Part shown: positions 1 through 15,623 of the stretch, piece after piece | Layout: each line of letters begins with the position of its first letter | Numbering within the stretch: the stretch's first letter is position 1 | The notes under the pieces: generated by a model | What the model saw: only the letters and a program-made list of their open reading frames with translations | Database searches by the model: none | Told to the model about the DNA's origin: nothing | NCBI RefSeq assembly: GCF_009914755.1 | Contig: NC_060929.1 | DNA length: 64,000 bases | Reading direction: 5' to 3' (one strand) | From: the human T2T-CHM13v2.0 reference genome, Homo sapiens | Program-made: the position numbers and the translations under genes

Positions 1-624
1 TTTTACACTGTTGGTGGGACTGTAAACTAGTTCAACCATTGTGGAAGTCAGTGTGGCGATTCCTCAGGGATCTAGAACTAGAAATACCATTTGACCCAGC
101 CATCCCATTACTGGGTATATACCCAAAGGACTATAAATCATGCTGTTATAAAGACACATGCACACGTATGTTTATTGCGGCACTATTCACAATAGCAAAG
201 ACTTGGAACCAACCCAAATGTCCAACAATGATAGATTGGATTAAGAAAATGTGGCACATATACACCATGGAATACTATGCAGCCATAAAAAGTGATGAGT
301 TCATGTCCTCTGTAGGGACATGGATGAAATTGGAAATGATCATTCTCAGTAAACTATCGCAAGGACAAAAAACCAAACACTGCATGTTCTCACTCATAGA
401 TGGGAATGGAACAATGAGAACACATGGACACAGGAAGGGGAACATCACACTCTGGGGACTGTTGTGGGGTGGGGGGAGGGGGGAGGGATAGCATTAGGAG
501 ATATACCTAATGCTAAATGACGAGTTAGTGGGTGCAGCACACCAGCATGGCACATGTATACATATGAACTAACCTGCACATTGTGCACATGTACCCTAAA
601 ACTTAAAGTATAATAAAAAAAAAA
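1..624 (+). mobile_element. L1PA3-like LINE-1 3' end (ORF2 C-terminus, 3'UTR, poly-A), running in from the window edge
   Basis: ORF 39-491 matches the L1 ORF2 C-terminus (WNQPKCPTMIDWIKKMWHIYTMEYYAAIK); G-rich 3'UTR; ends GTACCCTAAAACTTAAAGTATAATAAAA. Confidence 0.95.
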
Positions 625-1116
625 CAATACTTTAATTGGCTGAGGTTAGAACTGAAAGGTTATGTACAGCCAAAACCTATGGCTGTTGCTGACAACTTTT
701 TCAAGACAACAAATAACAAAGCACCTTCAATTTCAGAAAGCTGCATGTTCACCATTGTAGCCCCCAATCAACGTTTGCCAAATGATTTACTGATGTAAAT
801 CTACAGTTTTTATCCTTTTCAAGTTGATCATAGTGTACATGCAGACTATATCTGCCAAGCTGGCCATTTTATCTCCACGTGTGTTGAGTACTGAAAGACG
901 GAAAAAGGCCTAGCTATAGCTTCTGCTCTCAAGTTCCACAACACAGCCTTATATCCTTATGTTAATTTTTTTTTGTTTGAGTTAGTTTGAACGTGTGCCT
1001 GTTTCATACAAACAAGCATCCTAGACTGAGATATCAAAGAATACATTAAAGATAAAGACAATGATAGAAAATGTACATCCACAGAAATATCAAGACTAAA
1101 TACAAAAAGAAAGTCA

Positions 1117-1420
1117 GGCCAGGCACAGTGGCTCACGCCTATAATCCCAGCACTTTGGGAGGCTGAGGCGGGAGGATCACGAGGTCAGGAGATCGAGACC
1201 ATCCTGGCTAACAAGTGAAACCCCGTCTCTACTAAAAATACAAAAATTAGCTGGGCGTGGTGGCAGGGCACCGGTAGTCCCAGCTACTCAGGAGGCTGAG
1301 GCAGGAGAATGGCATGAACCCAGGAGGCGGAGCTTGCAGTGAGCCGACACTGCACCACTGCACTCCAGCCTGGGCAACAGAGCAAGACTCCATCTCTAAA
1401 AAAAAAAAAGAAAAAAAAGA
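1117..1420 (+). mobile_element. AluY-like SINE
   Basis: GGCCAGGCACAGTGGCTCACGCC ... GAGATCGAGACCATCCTGGCTAAC, A-tail, TSD AAGAAAGTCA/AAGAAAATCA. Confidence 0.93.
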
Positions 1421-1470
1421 AAGAAAATCATTAGAGTTAATATTTTAAAAGTCAGTGGAGATATTTTTAA

Positions 1471-1941
1471 TTCAATTTTTTATTTATAACCAAAACATAA
1501 TAATTGTACGTATTTATGGGATAAAATGTGATGTTTCAATGCATGTGTTCATAACTTAATGATAAAATTGGGGTAAGTGCCATATCCATCACTTTCAATA
1601 TTTATCATTTCTTTGTGGTCACAACATTGAAAGCCACCTCATCCCAGCTAGAATGGCTATTATCAAAAGTAACAAATAGAAGAAAAGAAAACTCATACAT
1701 TGTTGGTAGGAATGTACGTTAGTACAGCCATAATGAATAACACTATGGAGGTTCCTCAAAAAACTAAAAATAGAACTGCCATATAATCCAGCAATCCCAT
1801 TACTGGATATATATCCAAAGAAAATATAATCAGTATGTGAAAGAGACATCTGCACATCCATGTTTATTGTAGCACTATTCACAGTAGCCAAGATACAGAA
1901 TCAACCTATATGTGCATCTAATGATGAATGGATATCTATCT

Positions 1942-1975
<34 letters not shown>

Positions 1976-2352
1976 TAGAATACTATAAAGCCATAAAACA
2001 GAATGAAATCCTGTCATTTGCAGTAACATGAATGAACCTGGATAACACTATGTTAAAGCACAGAAGGATAAACACCACATGATCTCACTCATATGTGGAA
2101 TCTTAAAAAGCTTATTTCATAGAATTAGAGGGTAGAATTGTTGTTACCAGAGGCTGGGGAGGGTTGAGGTTGGAGGGAACTGGGAGAGGTTGGTCAATGG
2201 GTACAAAGTTACAGTTAAGAAGAATTTGTTTTCGTGTTCTATTACACAGTAGGGTGACTATAGTAAATAACAATGTATTGAATATTTCAAGATAGCCAGA
2301 AGAAGAGATTTTGAATGTTGTCACCACGAAGAAATAATACATGTTTAAAGTG
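1471..2352 (-). mobile_element. Old L1MA 3' fragment with internal inversion (1471-1633 minus, 1634-2352 plus), containing a (TG)n repeat
   Basis: L1MA 3'UTR terminus in minus orientation abuts an upstream L1MA segment in plus orientation; flanking GTGGAGAT(A/C)TTT repeats. Confidence 0.75.
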
Positions 2353-4099
2353 GTGGAGATCTTTAAAACAGCAGTTTCATTAGAGAAAAACAGAACCCAG
2401 ATTTTAGGGTGCTAATCAATATATAGAGAAACAAAAATATTAAATATTGACTACTCTTTTGATAAGTTTGGTACTATGAAAAGGAAAAAAATGAAATTGA
2501 GATAGAAATTTCAAATAACAATTAATATGGCTTCTCCTAAGTATCAGAAGTACCAGCAGAATGAAAGAAAGGTCTGCTCCTTTTGGTGTGTATATTACGT
2601 TTGAATGTTTGAGGAATTCAGGGACAGATTTAACAATCTGAAGGGAATAAATAAAGAGCAGGTGATATGAACACCTGCAGAAATTCATTCTATGAATACC
2701 TCCCTTGAATTTGTCATTTCTGACTCACTGATTTGGGGTCTGGGCTTTTGAAGTCAGACACTGGAAATATCCTCTGTCATCCTGATACCCGTGTGATTGA
2801 TTACAGCATCATCACATTATAGATATCCAAAGGCTTTATGATATGAAACCAGAAATACAGTCCTCATTTCATTTCTAAAAATATCTACGGTTTTATATGT
2901 TCTTTTATTGCCTTTGTGTTTCTTTAGATTTTACGTTTCTGTTTCAGTCTTAGCAAATGGAATACCGTCTTAAGCTTTGAAAATGCAAGCCCTCCTTCTT
3001 GGTAGTTATGAATAAAGAAAACCCTAAACAGATTAGGGGAGAGGGGACTGTTGACACCCACTGAATTTTGAGCAGAGAGCCATTTAGAAGAAAATTGAAG
3101 GCTGAAAATATTTTCAAGAATAAAAACCTACTTCCTTTTCTAAATGATTGCTGTTATACTTAGAAACATTCTATACTACATTTGGTAACAGTCATGATCT
3201 TTTCAAGGTTGTCTGTAAGAAGCCCACTTAGAAACAACTAAGCTTCTAAACTGTAATGTCATCTCTTGTGAAATGTAATTATTAATCCCAAAGAGGGTTA
3301 ATTGGTAGGCATAGGCAACAATACCCAAATTGATGTATTTAACTACCAAAGATGGACAAATTGCCTGCATTCTTTGGCTTAAAAAAAGACCTTCAAAGTT
3401 TATCTTCATCATTAGCCAATGAAAAGAAAAGTAAATTAGTCTGACAGATTCATCTTAAAACCATGCATACAAATTTCTTTTTGACAATGGGTTAATCTTC
3501 CACTGAAGCCACAAAGAAAGGTTTGATGAAAGCAAGGACAACCCTTCTTGGGGAAGAGCTCACCTGAAATGTAAGGGCAACAATACCTCAAAAAAGGAAA
3601 TGGAATAGAACCCTCAACATGCTTATTTTCTTCCCATAATATGCGTCTTTTGCCAGAGAACTCTGTAAATCAGCTAGTTCAAGTAGAGATACAGGTGTTA
3701 GGAAAGGAGTCAAGTCTGAGTGACCAAAGTAGGTGTCAGTGGATAAATTAATAATCATAATAATTGTAGTGTAGTTTCCTTTAGGATTATCGGTATAAAG
3801 TATGTAATGTCTTGCAAGATCCCCTCTTCCTAACCTCAGGAAGCCACATAGAAGGCTACCTTGGTGTCCAGCAGAAAAAGAATGAGAATGGAAAAGAAAA
3901 AAGAACTATTACTGAGAAGATTGGTCCCAACCCAGATTTATACCCTAGACAAACATAGATTGTTGGCCAAGAAAACTCAGGCAGTGAATTTAGTTTCAGT
4001 TGTCCCAGGCTGGTACACTTACAGGTGCCTGGGAGAGAAGCTAATGCAAAGATTCACTGGAGGAGGATGCATTTCTCCTACTTCTCAAAAAACATGCAG

Positions 4100-5170
4100 A
4101 AATATTTTCCATCCAAAGGAAAATGAGTAATGACAAGATACAAGGGAAAATATGGCAGAAATGAGAACAAGCAGAAACAACAAACCTACTAAGACTCCAG
4201 TCACTGAAATAATCAGACACATATTATAAAATTATCATGCTCATCCCACCACATGCTTAAAAAGATCTGCAGGGAACCAGAAACGTTAAGTCTACATAAC
4301 AGATTTGAAGAAAACTAAATAAATTAATAGAATGTAAGATATAATTTGTTAATTCAATGGATACATTTGAGAATGGGAAAATTAGTCACATCAAAGACAA
4401 ATCACAGATCAGAATAAAATGTTCAAAATACAGTAGAAAGTGACAAAAATTTGGAAAATGGAGAATAAAGAGTAAAAGATGTAACAGATTTAATGAGATG
4501 ATCTCATACACATTTATTCAATAGTCTCAGAAGGAGAGAAAAGAAAAAAAGGGGTTGTCAATGCAATATATGTATAAATAATACCCAATAATTTTTCAGG
4601 AATGATAAAAGAAAGATACATCCATAGATTCAAAAAGTTCCATCAAATCTAAGTAAGATAATTTTTAAAATTATATTCTGACACATCATAGCAAAACTGA
4701 AGAAAACAGAAGACAATAAGAAACTTAAAATTACCAGGTTTGGGAGAAGGAAGCCAAAATAATCTTAAATAAATGACATTACAATTTCAGCTAACTTCTC
4801 AACAGCAATAATGAAAACTGTAAGAGAGTGAAATGATACCAACAATATTCTAGAGGAAAAAAGAATAAAAGTAATAATTGCTCAAAGATAATTTATGTTC
4901 AGTTTTAAACATTTTTCTAGAATAAGAATAAAAAATATATTCAGACAAACAAAACCTGGTATTTTTGTCAACAACAAAAATCTCAGTAAGGAAAATTCAA
5001 AAAATCTTACAGCAGGCAAATGATAAACAAGTCCAGAAAGGAGGCCTAAGAAGAAAGAAGAGTTAAAAAGCAATGAAAATGGCAAACAGGAAATAAAATA
5101 AAAAGAAACACTGATTACTTAAAATGGTAATAAAGTTTAGTGGGGATAAATTATAAAACACGTAAGGTAG
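4100..5170 (+). mobile_element. Highly degenerate old L1M ORF1-region fragment
   Basis: A-rich sequence with L1 ORF1-like motifs (GTCTCAGAAGGAGAGAAAAG, CAGCTAACTTCTCAACAGCAATAATG); boundaries approximate. Confidence 0.55.
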
Positions 5171-5237
5171 AATACCAGATAGTTTGACAAAAAATATTAT
5201 ACTTTTTAAAAAACAAGCATGCTTAGATTTACCTTTT

Positions 5238-6620
5238 GCTTTATTATTTTTTATTTTTCATGATTGTGGATACATAGATAGTTGTACATATTTATGGGAT
5301 ACATGTGATATTTTGATACAAACATATAATGTTTAATGATCAAATCAGGGTAATTATAATATCCATCAATCACCTCAAGCATTTATCATTTATTTGTGTT
5401 AGGAACATTGCAATACCACTCTTTCAGTAATTTTGAAATATACAATAAATTGTTGTTAAGTTTAGTCACCCTATTATGCTCTTAAACACTAGAACTTATT
5501 CCTTCTGTTTAACTGTATGTTGTCCCCATTAACCAACCTCTCTTCTTCCCCACTTCTTCACCCTTCCCAGCTTCTGGTAACCATCATTCTACTCTCTACC
5601 TTTATGAGATCAATTTATTTTAGCACACACATGTGAGTGACAATAGCGGTATTTGTCTTTCTGTGCCTGAATTATTTTACTTAACATAATGTCTTCCAGT
5701 TCCACCAATGTTGTTACAAGTGACAGAATTTGATTCTTTTATGGTTTAATAATATTCCATTGTGTATATATATCACATTTTCTTTATTCATTTATCATGC
5801 ATGGACACTTAGATTGATTCCATATCTTGGCTATTGTGAATAATGCTACAAGTAACATGAGAGGACAGATATCTCTTTTATTGTTTCTTCTCTTGAGGTA
5901 GGGTCTTGCTCTGTGGCCCAGGCTGAAGTGCAGTGGTGCAATCTTTGCTCACGGCAATCTCTACCTCTAGGTCTCAAGTAACCCCCCCCACCTCATCTTC
6001 CTGGGTAGCTGGGACTACAGGTGTACACCACCATGCCTGGGTGATTTTTGTAATTTTTGTAGAGGCGGGTTTTGCCATGTTACCCAGGCTGGTCTCAAAC
6101 TCCTGGGCTCAAGCAATCCACTCAACTGGGCCTCCCAAAATGCTGGGATAACAGGTGCCCAGCACTCCACCATGCCTAGCCCAGATAGCTCTTTAATCTG
6201 CCAATTTCCCTTCTTTTGGGCACATATCCAGCAGTGGGATTATGGGATGATATGACAATTCTATTTTTGGCTTTCTGAGGAAACTCCAAACTGTTTTCCA
6301 TAATGGCTATGCTAATTTACATTCCCACCAACAGTGTAGGAGCATTCCTCTTTCTCCACATCCTCACCAGCATCCATTACTGTCTTTCTAATAAACGCCA
6401 GTTTAGTTGGGGTGAGATAATGTCTCATTGTGGGTTTAATTTACATTTATCTGATGATTAGTGATGTTGAGAATTTTTTCATATATCTGTTGGCCATTTG
6501 TATGTCTTTTTTTGAGAAATGTCTATTTAGATCTTTTGCCCATATTTCAATTAGATAATTTGGGATTTTGTTATTAGGGTGTTTGAGTTCTTCATATATT
6601 CTGGTTAATAGTCCCTTGTC
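5238..6620 (-). mobile_element. L1MA 3' fragment interrupted by an Alu
   Basis: TTGTACATATTTATGGGATACATGTGATATTTTGATAC 3'UTR signature followed by antisense ORF2 C-terminus. Confidence 0.85.
5880..6181 (-). mobile_element. AluJ-like SINE
   Basis: Antisense Alu dimer; TSD CAGATATCTCTTT/CAGATAGCTCTTT. Confidence 0.88.
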
Positions 6621-6639
6621 AGTCAAATGTTTAGAATAT

Positions 6640-8305
6640 TCCTTTTAAGTCAATATTGAGACAAAGATATTCAGAATTAATAAGAAAATTTAGCAATATT
6701 TGTGTATGTAAAATCAATATATAAAAATTAACTTCTCTTTTCTGGTAAAAGTTAGAAAATACAAATTTTAGAAATCTATATATGCATATAATTTATAAAT
6801 GGCATGAAAAATACTAAATACATAGAAATAAATCTAACAATGCCTCTGTGAACAATACTGCTATGAGAATGCTGGACAATACCTATATGAAAAAAGCAGT
6901 AAAACTGTATTGAGAAAATTTCATAAATAACTAAATAAATGAAGAGATATACCATGTTTATAAATTAGAATATGGTTATGATAAAGATGTTGTTTCTCCA
7001 AATTGATCTATAGATTCTTCAAAATCCAATTAAAAACTCCCTTTAATTTTTCAAAAACATAAATTATGACAAGCTGGTTTCAAAATTAATATGCAAGATA
7101 CCACTGAGAAAAACAAGTTTGGAAAAATCTATCATCTTGACTATTACATGCTATTACCAAACCATAGTAATTAAGGCAGTGTGGCGTTGGTGTGGAATTA
7201 GACAAATGGGCCAGTGAAGCAGACTATAGAGCAGATAAGCATATCAATTACATGTGAATGCATGAGTTATACAATAACTGTACTACAGAAATAGTAGAGA
7301 AAGGATTTTTTCCATATGTCGTATTGATGAATTGAGTATGCACATTTTAAAAAGAAAATCAGACTTGTGCTTAATATTATTTACAAAAATTTCCACATAG
7401 ATTATAGACATGAAAGATAAAACAATAAGGTTTTTAGAAAATAATATACAAGACTATCTACACGATCTTGTGGTTGGGAAAGATTTTTTTAACCAAAATA
7501 CAAAAAAAAGGCTAATCATAAAAGATTGATATATCTGACTTTATAAAAATTAATAAGTTCTAGTCACTAAATTTTATATACATATCCTCTGACCCAGCAA
7601 TTCCACTCATAAGTTTGTACATTAAGATGTATGCCATGATGCCCATACAGCAATGTATGAAACGTTCATAATAACCATAAATTGAAAATAATTGAAATGT
7701 CCAAAATTAACAGAATTAATGGATAATTTGCAGTAAGTTAATAAAATGCAACAGTGAAATGAAAAACAAGCAATAAAAATGATATAGCTACACTCAACAT
7801 TAATGAATCTTAAAAACATAGTAACTATAACAATTTTTAAGACTTCCATATAATTAAAGGCACAACAAAAACAAAGTTAAAGGATAAGGCATACCTTGGG
7901 AGAATTTATAATAAATATTTAATAATACCAACATATTAATAAGAATAAGAAAACACATGGAAGTAATTCTAACAGCAACAAACATAAAAAGATATTTAGT
8001 AGCATAGTTATTAGGGAATCTTAAAAAATTCATTATAAGTGTCACTTTTGATCTATTATACTGGCAAAAATTAATAAATCTAAGACAATACCCATATGAA
8101 AAAAAACACTAAAACTGTATTAAGAAAATTTTATAAATAACTAAATAAATGGAGCGATATACCATGTTTCTAAACTATCATATGATTATGATGATTATGA
8201 TAAAGATGTTAAGTCTCCCCAAATTGATCTGTTAGGTGTTGGTGAAGATAAGAGGAAGTGATACTCTCATACTCTTATAGACTGGGGAAGGAAATGTGTG
8301 TGTGT

Positions 8306-8344
<39 letters not shown>

Positions 8345-9110
8345 CAATATTCAGATACTTTTGGAGACCCATAGAAAGCATCAAGCAAATTTTTAAAAAT
8401 AATAAATCATAAATTATACTTAGCTGGGCACAATGGCTCACATCTATAACCCCAGAATTTTTGGAGGGTCAGGTGAGAAGACCATTTGAGGTCGAGAATT
8501 TGAAACCAGCCTCAGCAACAAAGCAAATTCCATCACTACAAAAAAAATTTTTTATTTATCCGTGTATGGTGACATGTGCCTGTGATTCTAGCTACTCCAG
8601 AGGCTGAAGCAGGAGGCTCTCTTGAGCCCAGGAATTCGAGGCTGCAGTGAGCTACGATTGTGCCACTGCACTCCAGCCTGGGAGATAGAGAAAGACCCTG
8701 TCTGTAAAAATAAAAATATAAAAAAAGGACACACCTGCACAGATACACAAGGAGAAATATGCAATGATTTTCACTATGGCATTGATTTTATTGTCAAAAA
8801 TTTGGAAAATAATAAATAAGGAAAATTCATTATATTAGAATTTTTCAGCCATTAAAATGAAGAATATACATAATTACCAATATGGATTAAAGTTAAAATG
8901 TAGCATTGATTTTTTAAAAAGCAAGCCACAGATAAATGTATTAGGTAGAATTACATTAACAAATGTGAAAAATACAATTTCATATTCACGTATATTAAAG
9001 TAGAAAAATGAACTGGAATGATATCTGCCACAATTACTATAGTTGAAAGCACATATGGTTAAACAGCTGAAACTGTATCTCTTGAAGTATTCTTTATTCA
9101 AGAAAAGTAT
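6640..9110 (+). mobile_element. Degenerate L1MC/L1ME ORF2 and 3' fragments
   Basis: Decayed L1 motifs (CCAAATTGATCTATAGATTC, GACCCAGCAATTCCACTC); boundaries approximate. Confidence 0.6.
8422..8726 (+). mobile_element. AluJ-like SINE
   Basis: Alu dimer with TTGAGCCCAGGAATTCGAGGCTGCAGTGAGC and A-tail. Confidence 0.9.
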
Positions 9111-9130
9111 TGGAAACAAACGTAACAATA

Positions 9131-9655
9131 TGTGTCACAGGCTACTGAGGCTTCTATAACAAAACAGTGTAAACTGGGTGACTTAAACATTTTATTTCTC
9201 CTAGTTCCAGAAGCTGGGAAATCCAAGATAGGGTGCCAGCATGGGCTGGTTTTGGTGAGGGCTGTGCTCTTGGCTTGCAGACAGCTGCCTTCTTGCTGCA
9301 TCCTCACACAGAGGAGAGACTAAGTGCTGGTAGCTCTTCCACTTCTTGTAAGGACACTAATCTCATAATGAGAGCTCCACCAACGTGACCTCATCTATGC
9401 CCAATTACCTCCCAAAGGCCACACTTCCTAATACCATCACATTGGGTTACAATTTCACTTTGTTAACTCCAGGGCTTTTCAAATTTGTTTAAACGAAGAA
9501 CCTAACCCCCTCCTTTTTAGCATAATATATGTTACTATCTGGTTTGCTATGAGATTATACTCTACTCTTTGTGAATTGTAGTGGCCATAATACACATTGA
9601 GGTTGGGACTTCAACATATGAATTTTGCAGGGACACTCACATTCAGCCCATAACA
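9131..9655 (-). mobile_element. MLT1A-like MaLR solo LTR carrying a ~150-bp foreign insert
   Basis: AAGGACACTAATCTCAT, CCAATTACCTCCCAAAGGCC, CAACATATGAATTTTG, CATTCAGCCCATAACA motifs. Confidence 0.8.
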
Positions 9656-9921
9656 ATAAGCCAACATCTTAAATTCTATTGTATGTATACCATTATATTT
9701 TTCTAAGTTTTCAGCAATTTCTTAAAATTTAAAAATCACACACAATTTTTAAATTATCAAGAAATTTTGATCTAGTAACAACACATTTTGATCTAGCAAG
9801 TTATTTTTCCTAATAAAAATTATGGACATTGAACAGAAATTAATATTTTAAAACGTGTTCCATGAGTTCATTCTGATGAAGCGGGCTGTATAGGTAGTGG
9901 TGGCAAGGCCAACTCTGTCTC

Positions 9922-10288
9922 TGTATTAGTCCGTTCTCACACTGCTATAAAGATACGACTTGAGACTGGGTAATTTACATACAAAAGAAGTTTAATTGAC
10001 TCACAGTTCCGCATGGCTGGGGAGGCCACAGGAAATTTACAATCATGGCAGAAGGGGAAGGGGAAGCAAGGCACCTCTTAACATGGTGGCAGGAGAGAGT
10101 GAGAAGGGGGAAGCACCAGACACCTATCAAACAACCAGACTGCATAAGGACTCACTCACTATCATGAGAACAGCAAGGGGAAATCCATCCCGGTTATCCA
10201 ATCACCTCCCACCAGGTCCCTCATTTGACACATGGGGATTATAATTCAAGATGATATTTGAATGGGGACATATAGCCAACCTGTATCA
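9922..10288 (-). mobile_element. MSTA-like MaLR solo LTR
   Basis: TGTATTAGTCCGTTCTCACACTGCTATAAAG ... ATCA termini; 5-bp TSD GTCTC/GTCCC. Confidence 0.88.
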
Positions 10289-10337
10289 GTCCCCACTAAT
10301 GCAGACTTATACTATACATGAGCATATTTTAAAACTG

Positions 10338-10670
10338 AGCCAGGCACAGTGGCTCATGCCTGTAATTCCAACTTTTTGGGACGAAAAGGAGTGCCGATCA
10401 CTTGAGGCCAGGAGTTCAAGACCAGCCTGGGCAACAAAGCATGACCCCATCTCCACAAAAAAAAAAAAAAAAAAAAACTAAAAATTAGCCAGGCATACTG
10501 GCATGTGCCCGTGGTGCCAGCTGCTCAGGAGGCTGAGACAGGAGGATCATTTGAGCCCAGGATTATAGTAAGCTATAGGTTATAGCAAGGTTATAATAAG
10601 CTATAATCACGCCACTGCACTCCAGCCTGGATGACCCTGTCTCTAAAAATAAATTAATTAACAAATAAAA
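10338..10670 (+). mobile_element. AluJ-like SINE
   Basis: Alu dimer with expanded middle A-tract; TSD AAAACTGA/AAAGCTGA. Confidence 0.88.
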
Positions 10671-11791
10671 AAGCTGAGAACTTTTGGAGCAAAGAAAACA
10701 ATTGCACTTTGTTAAATCCAGGGCTTTTGAAATTTGTTTAAATGCAGAATCTGACCTGCTCCTTTTTAGCACAGTATCTATTACTATCTGGTAGGCTGAA
10801 AAAGATTATACTCCATTCTTGATGAATTGTCATATCCACAATACACATTTGATATCATCAATTTAATCACTGTATACATAATTTGTTTCAATTTTTTTCT
10901 TTTAAACATTTCTATTGTATTCTACTATTCAGATACATTTAATTGACTTGGTCATTCTATTATAAAGCATTTGCTATTTTCAATTTTTAAATGCAATTAA
11001 AACTACTCTGAACATTTTTATACAAATTATTTTTCCTCTGTTTACCTACATCCTATTAGTAACAGGATTATCTAGTCATGGTTTGTATATTTAGGTCCTG
11101 TTGCTTTTTATTTGTAGCATCCTTGACCATTTAGATGCACTGACTAGGTTTACTTATTTCTTCAGCATATTATGTTTATATGAATAATAGCAAAACCATT
11201 CAGTTTTTTAATGATATATTTTGAATTTTATTTTCTTCTCTGTAGGATTCTAGGTGGATAACAACTTCTCCTGCTACTTTTTTTTACAATATGGATCACT
11301 ATGGTATTGGGACAAGGATAGCACAGAAAACAACTAGAAAAAGTATATTATTTGTGACTGTAAAGTCTTTGTGAAAGTTCTTTTCAATTGCTCTTGCACT
11401 CATTGTAGAAACTTTATCCCAAGGAAATAATCTGAAATATTTCAAAATAGAAAAACATTCTATTTTGGCTAAATTTGAAATAGCAAAGGTCTTAGAACTA
11501 AATAAAATGCTTCATGATACAGGAGTTATCAAATATTTTCTCATGCAATCTATGCATTATTATGACAAATTAAGAAAACATATGAGTATAGATAATTATT
11601 TCAAACAAAACGTGTAGAATTCAAAATTTTAGAAAGCACATAATTACAATAAACAAGGCTATTAAACAAATAGTAAACTTTAAAATTTTAATCTTTGGTT
11701 AGAGAACTATGGGTGAATTTTTTTTTTCAGTTTTCTATATTTTCTAAATTCTCTACAATACATATGGGTCCTATAATTATTTTCTAGCTTA

Positions 11792-11920
<129 letters not shown>

Positions 11921-12185
11921 TCATAAATTCTAAAAGGAATATTAAATGTATGTTAGCATACAAATGCACTCATAGTATCAAACAACATGTTATGCAAATT
12001 CATTATTTTTGGAAAAGAATAGCAAGAACTAAAGTTAGGCTTAAGAATAATTCTATATTAAGGAAGACTTTAAATAAATAAGTAAACCATAAGGATATGG
12101 AAATAAGTACAAAAAGTTACTATTATAAGTATATATATCCAGTCTTTATTATGCTTTAGCAGTTTTATCAGCAAAACCATTGAAA

Positions 12186-12375
12186 CAGCAGCATGGCATG
12201 GTAGCTAAGAGGATAGGCCATACAACCAGACTAAGTGCTCTGTGCCTCAGCTTCCTCACCTGTAAAATGAGAATGGTATTTCCTCATAGAGTTCCTGTGA
12301 GAAATAAATAGTTCAATATATGTAAATTGCTTAGAATGAGCCTAGTATATAGGAAACTTTATGTAATCACTTGTG
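12186..12375 (+). mobile_element. MIR SINE
   Basis: Core CTCTGTGCCTCAGCTTCCTCACCTGTAAAATGAG. Confidence 0.8.
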
Positions 12376-12667
12376 ATCATATCACTGTTGTCTGTTCTTT
12401 AAAGTTTCTTGTAAATTCCTTTTCATGTCTCCTGTCTTTTCGTCATTTAGATAGTGCTTTCTCTGCTTGTTTTTACGCCCAGAATTTTTTTCCTTTTGAT
12501 TCATATCTGAGTATATTCTATGAGTGTATGACCAAAACTAAGACATCCTATTTGTGTTTAGTGGAGATTTAGTCAGCAAAATGAAGTAATGAAATGGGTA
12601 GTCATATCTACACTGCATTATTTGTCTTTCATTTTTTTAAATAGCTAAATTTAAAAATTGATCATTA

Positions 12668-13099
12668 GATTAGTCAAAGTTTTGGCAGGAAATGCAGGGC
12701 ACACTCAAATATGGTACCTGAATGAAAGAATTCTTCCCAAATACATGGGCAGAACTACAAAACAAGATGGTTGTATTCTCAGAGACTAGAAAGAACAAAA
12801 TAAACTGTTATCACTCTTAGGGCTAAAGAGGAAGATAGACCAAGACAGAACAGCTATTAAAGAGTTGTGCTTAATAAAAAGCTTTGGCCTTTAAGTGAGA
12901 AATGCAGCTAATCTGAGGTTGCCCTCTAAGAGGGAGCCTGGAGGATAGAAACTCCAATCTCACTCTCCTTGCGTGCTCCATTCCAGTCATCCGCCTGTGC
13001 TACTCATTTGCCAAACCAAACTAGAAGCCAGAAAGTACAGGGGCAAAGTGAAGAAGAATGGAAAGCAGATCTGAGTGGCAATGGGAAAATATCCAGCAA
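12668..13099 (-). mobile_element. Old ERVL-type solo LTR (LTR33-like)
   Basis: GCAGGAAATGCAGGGCACACTCAAA start and GCAGATCTGAGTGGCAATGGGAAAATATCCAGCA end resemble LTR33. Confidence 0.45.
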
Positions 13100-13150
13100 A
13101 ATATGGATCACAGACACAAAATGTCATTGTCTATTGCTATTGATGTATAG

Positions 13151-15146
<1,996 letters not shown>

Positions 15147-15623
15147 TTCTAATAATCCACATGCATCAGAATGTAAAGCAAATGGGATTTTTTTTTCAGT
15201 CAGCAGCTGTGCTGAGCTATATAGAGGAGTGCCATCCAGACTGGGTCTAACTTTAATGTAAAACAAATGCTATTCCCAAGCAGAATTAATATTTTCAGGC
15301 ATTTATTTTTCTTTAACAGCTAACAACATCACTGGGCATTTCTACCTTAAAATGCACTCAGGAAAATAACAAACTCATATTACCAATAAAAATGCATCAT
15401 AAGGTACAGCTAAGCACATGTAGCCTAAAAGAACAATACTCAATAAGTAGGAATGTGCAAAGGAGATAATTTGGTAAATCTAGTAATAAATGTTGCAAAT
15501 TTGACAAGTGCTTATTGTGAATTATAAAAAAAATATGAAGGTAAGATGTTTAGCTAAACTAGGAAAAGAAAACATCTTCAAAAGAAGACCAAAAGAAACT
15601 CATGAGGCTATAAAAGCAAACCG

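Noticed and set aside
3150-3600. Repeat-free stretch as a possible exon or conserved enhancer
   Set aside because: No convincing splice-site pair or recognisable peptide; conservation cannot be judged from this sequence alone
11246-11303. Plus-strand acceptor (ttttcttctctgtag) and weak donor near the TMEM232 exon
   Set aside because: Splice-like motifs are common in T-rich introns; no coding signal or other support
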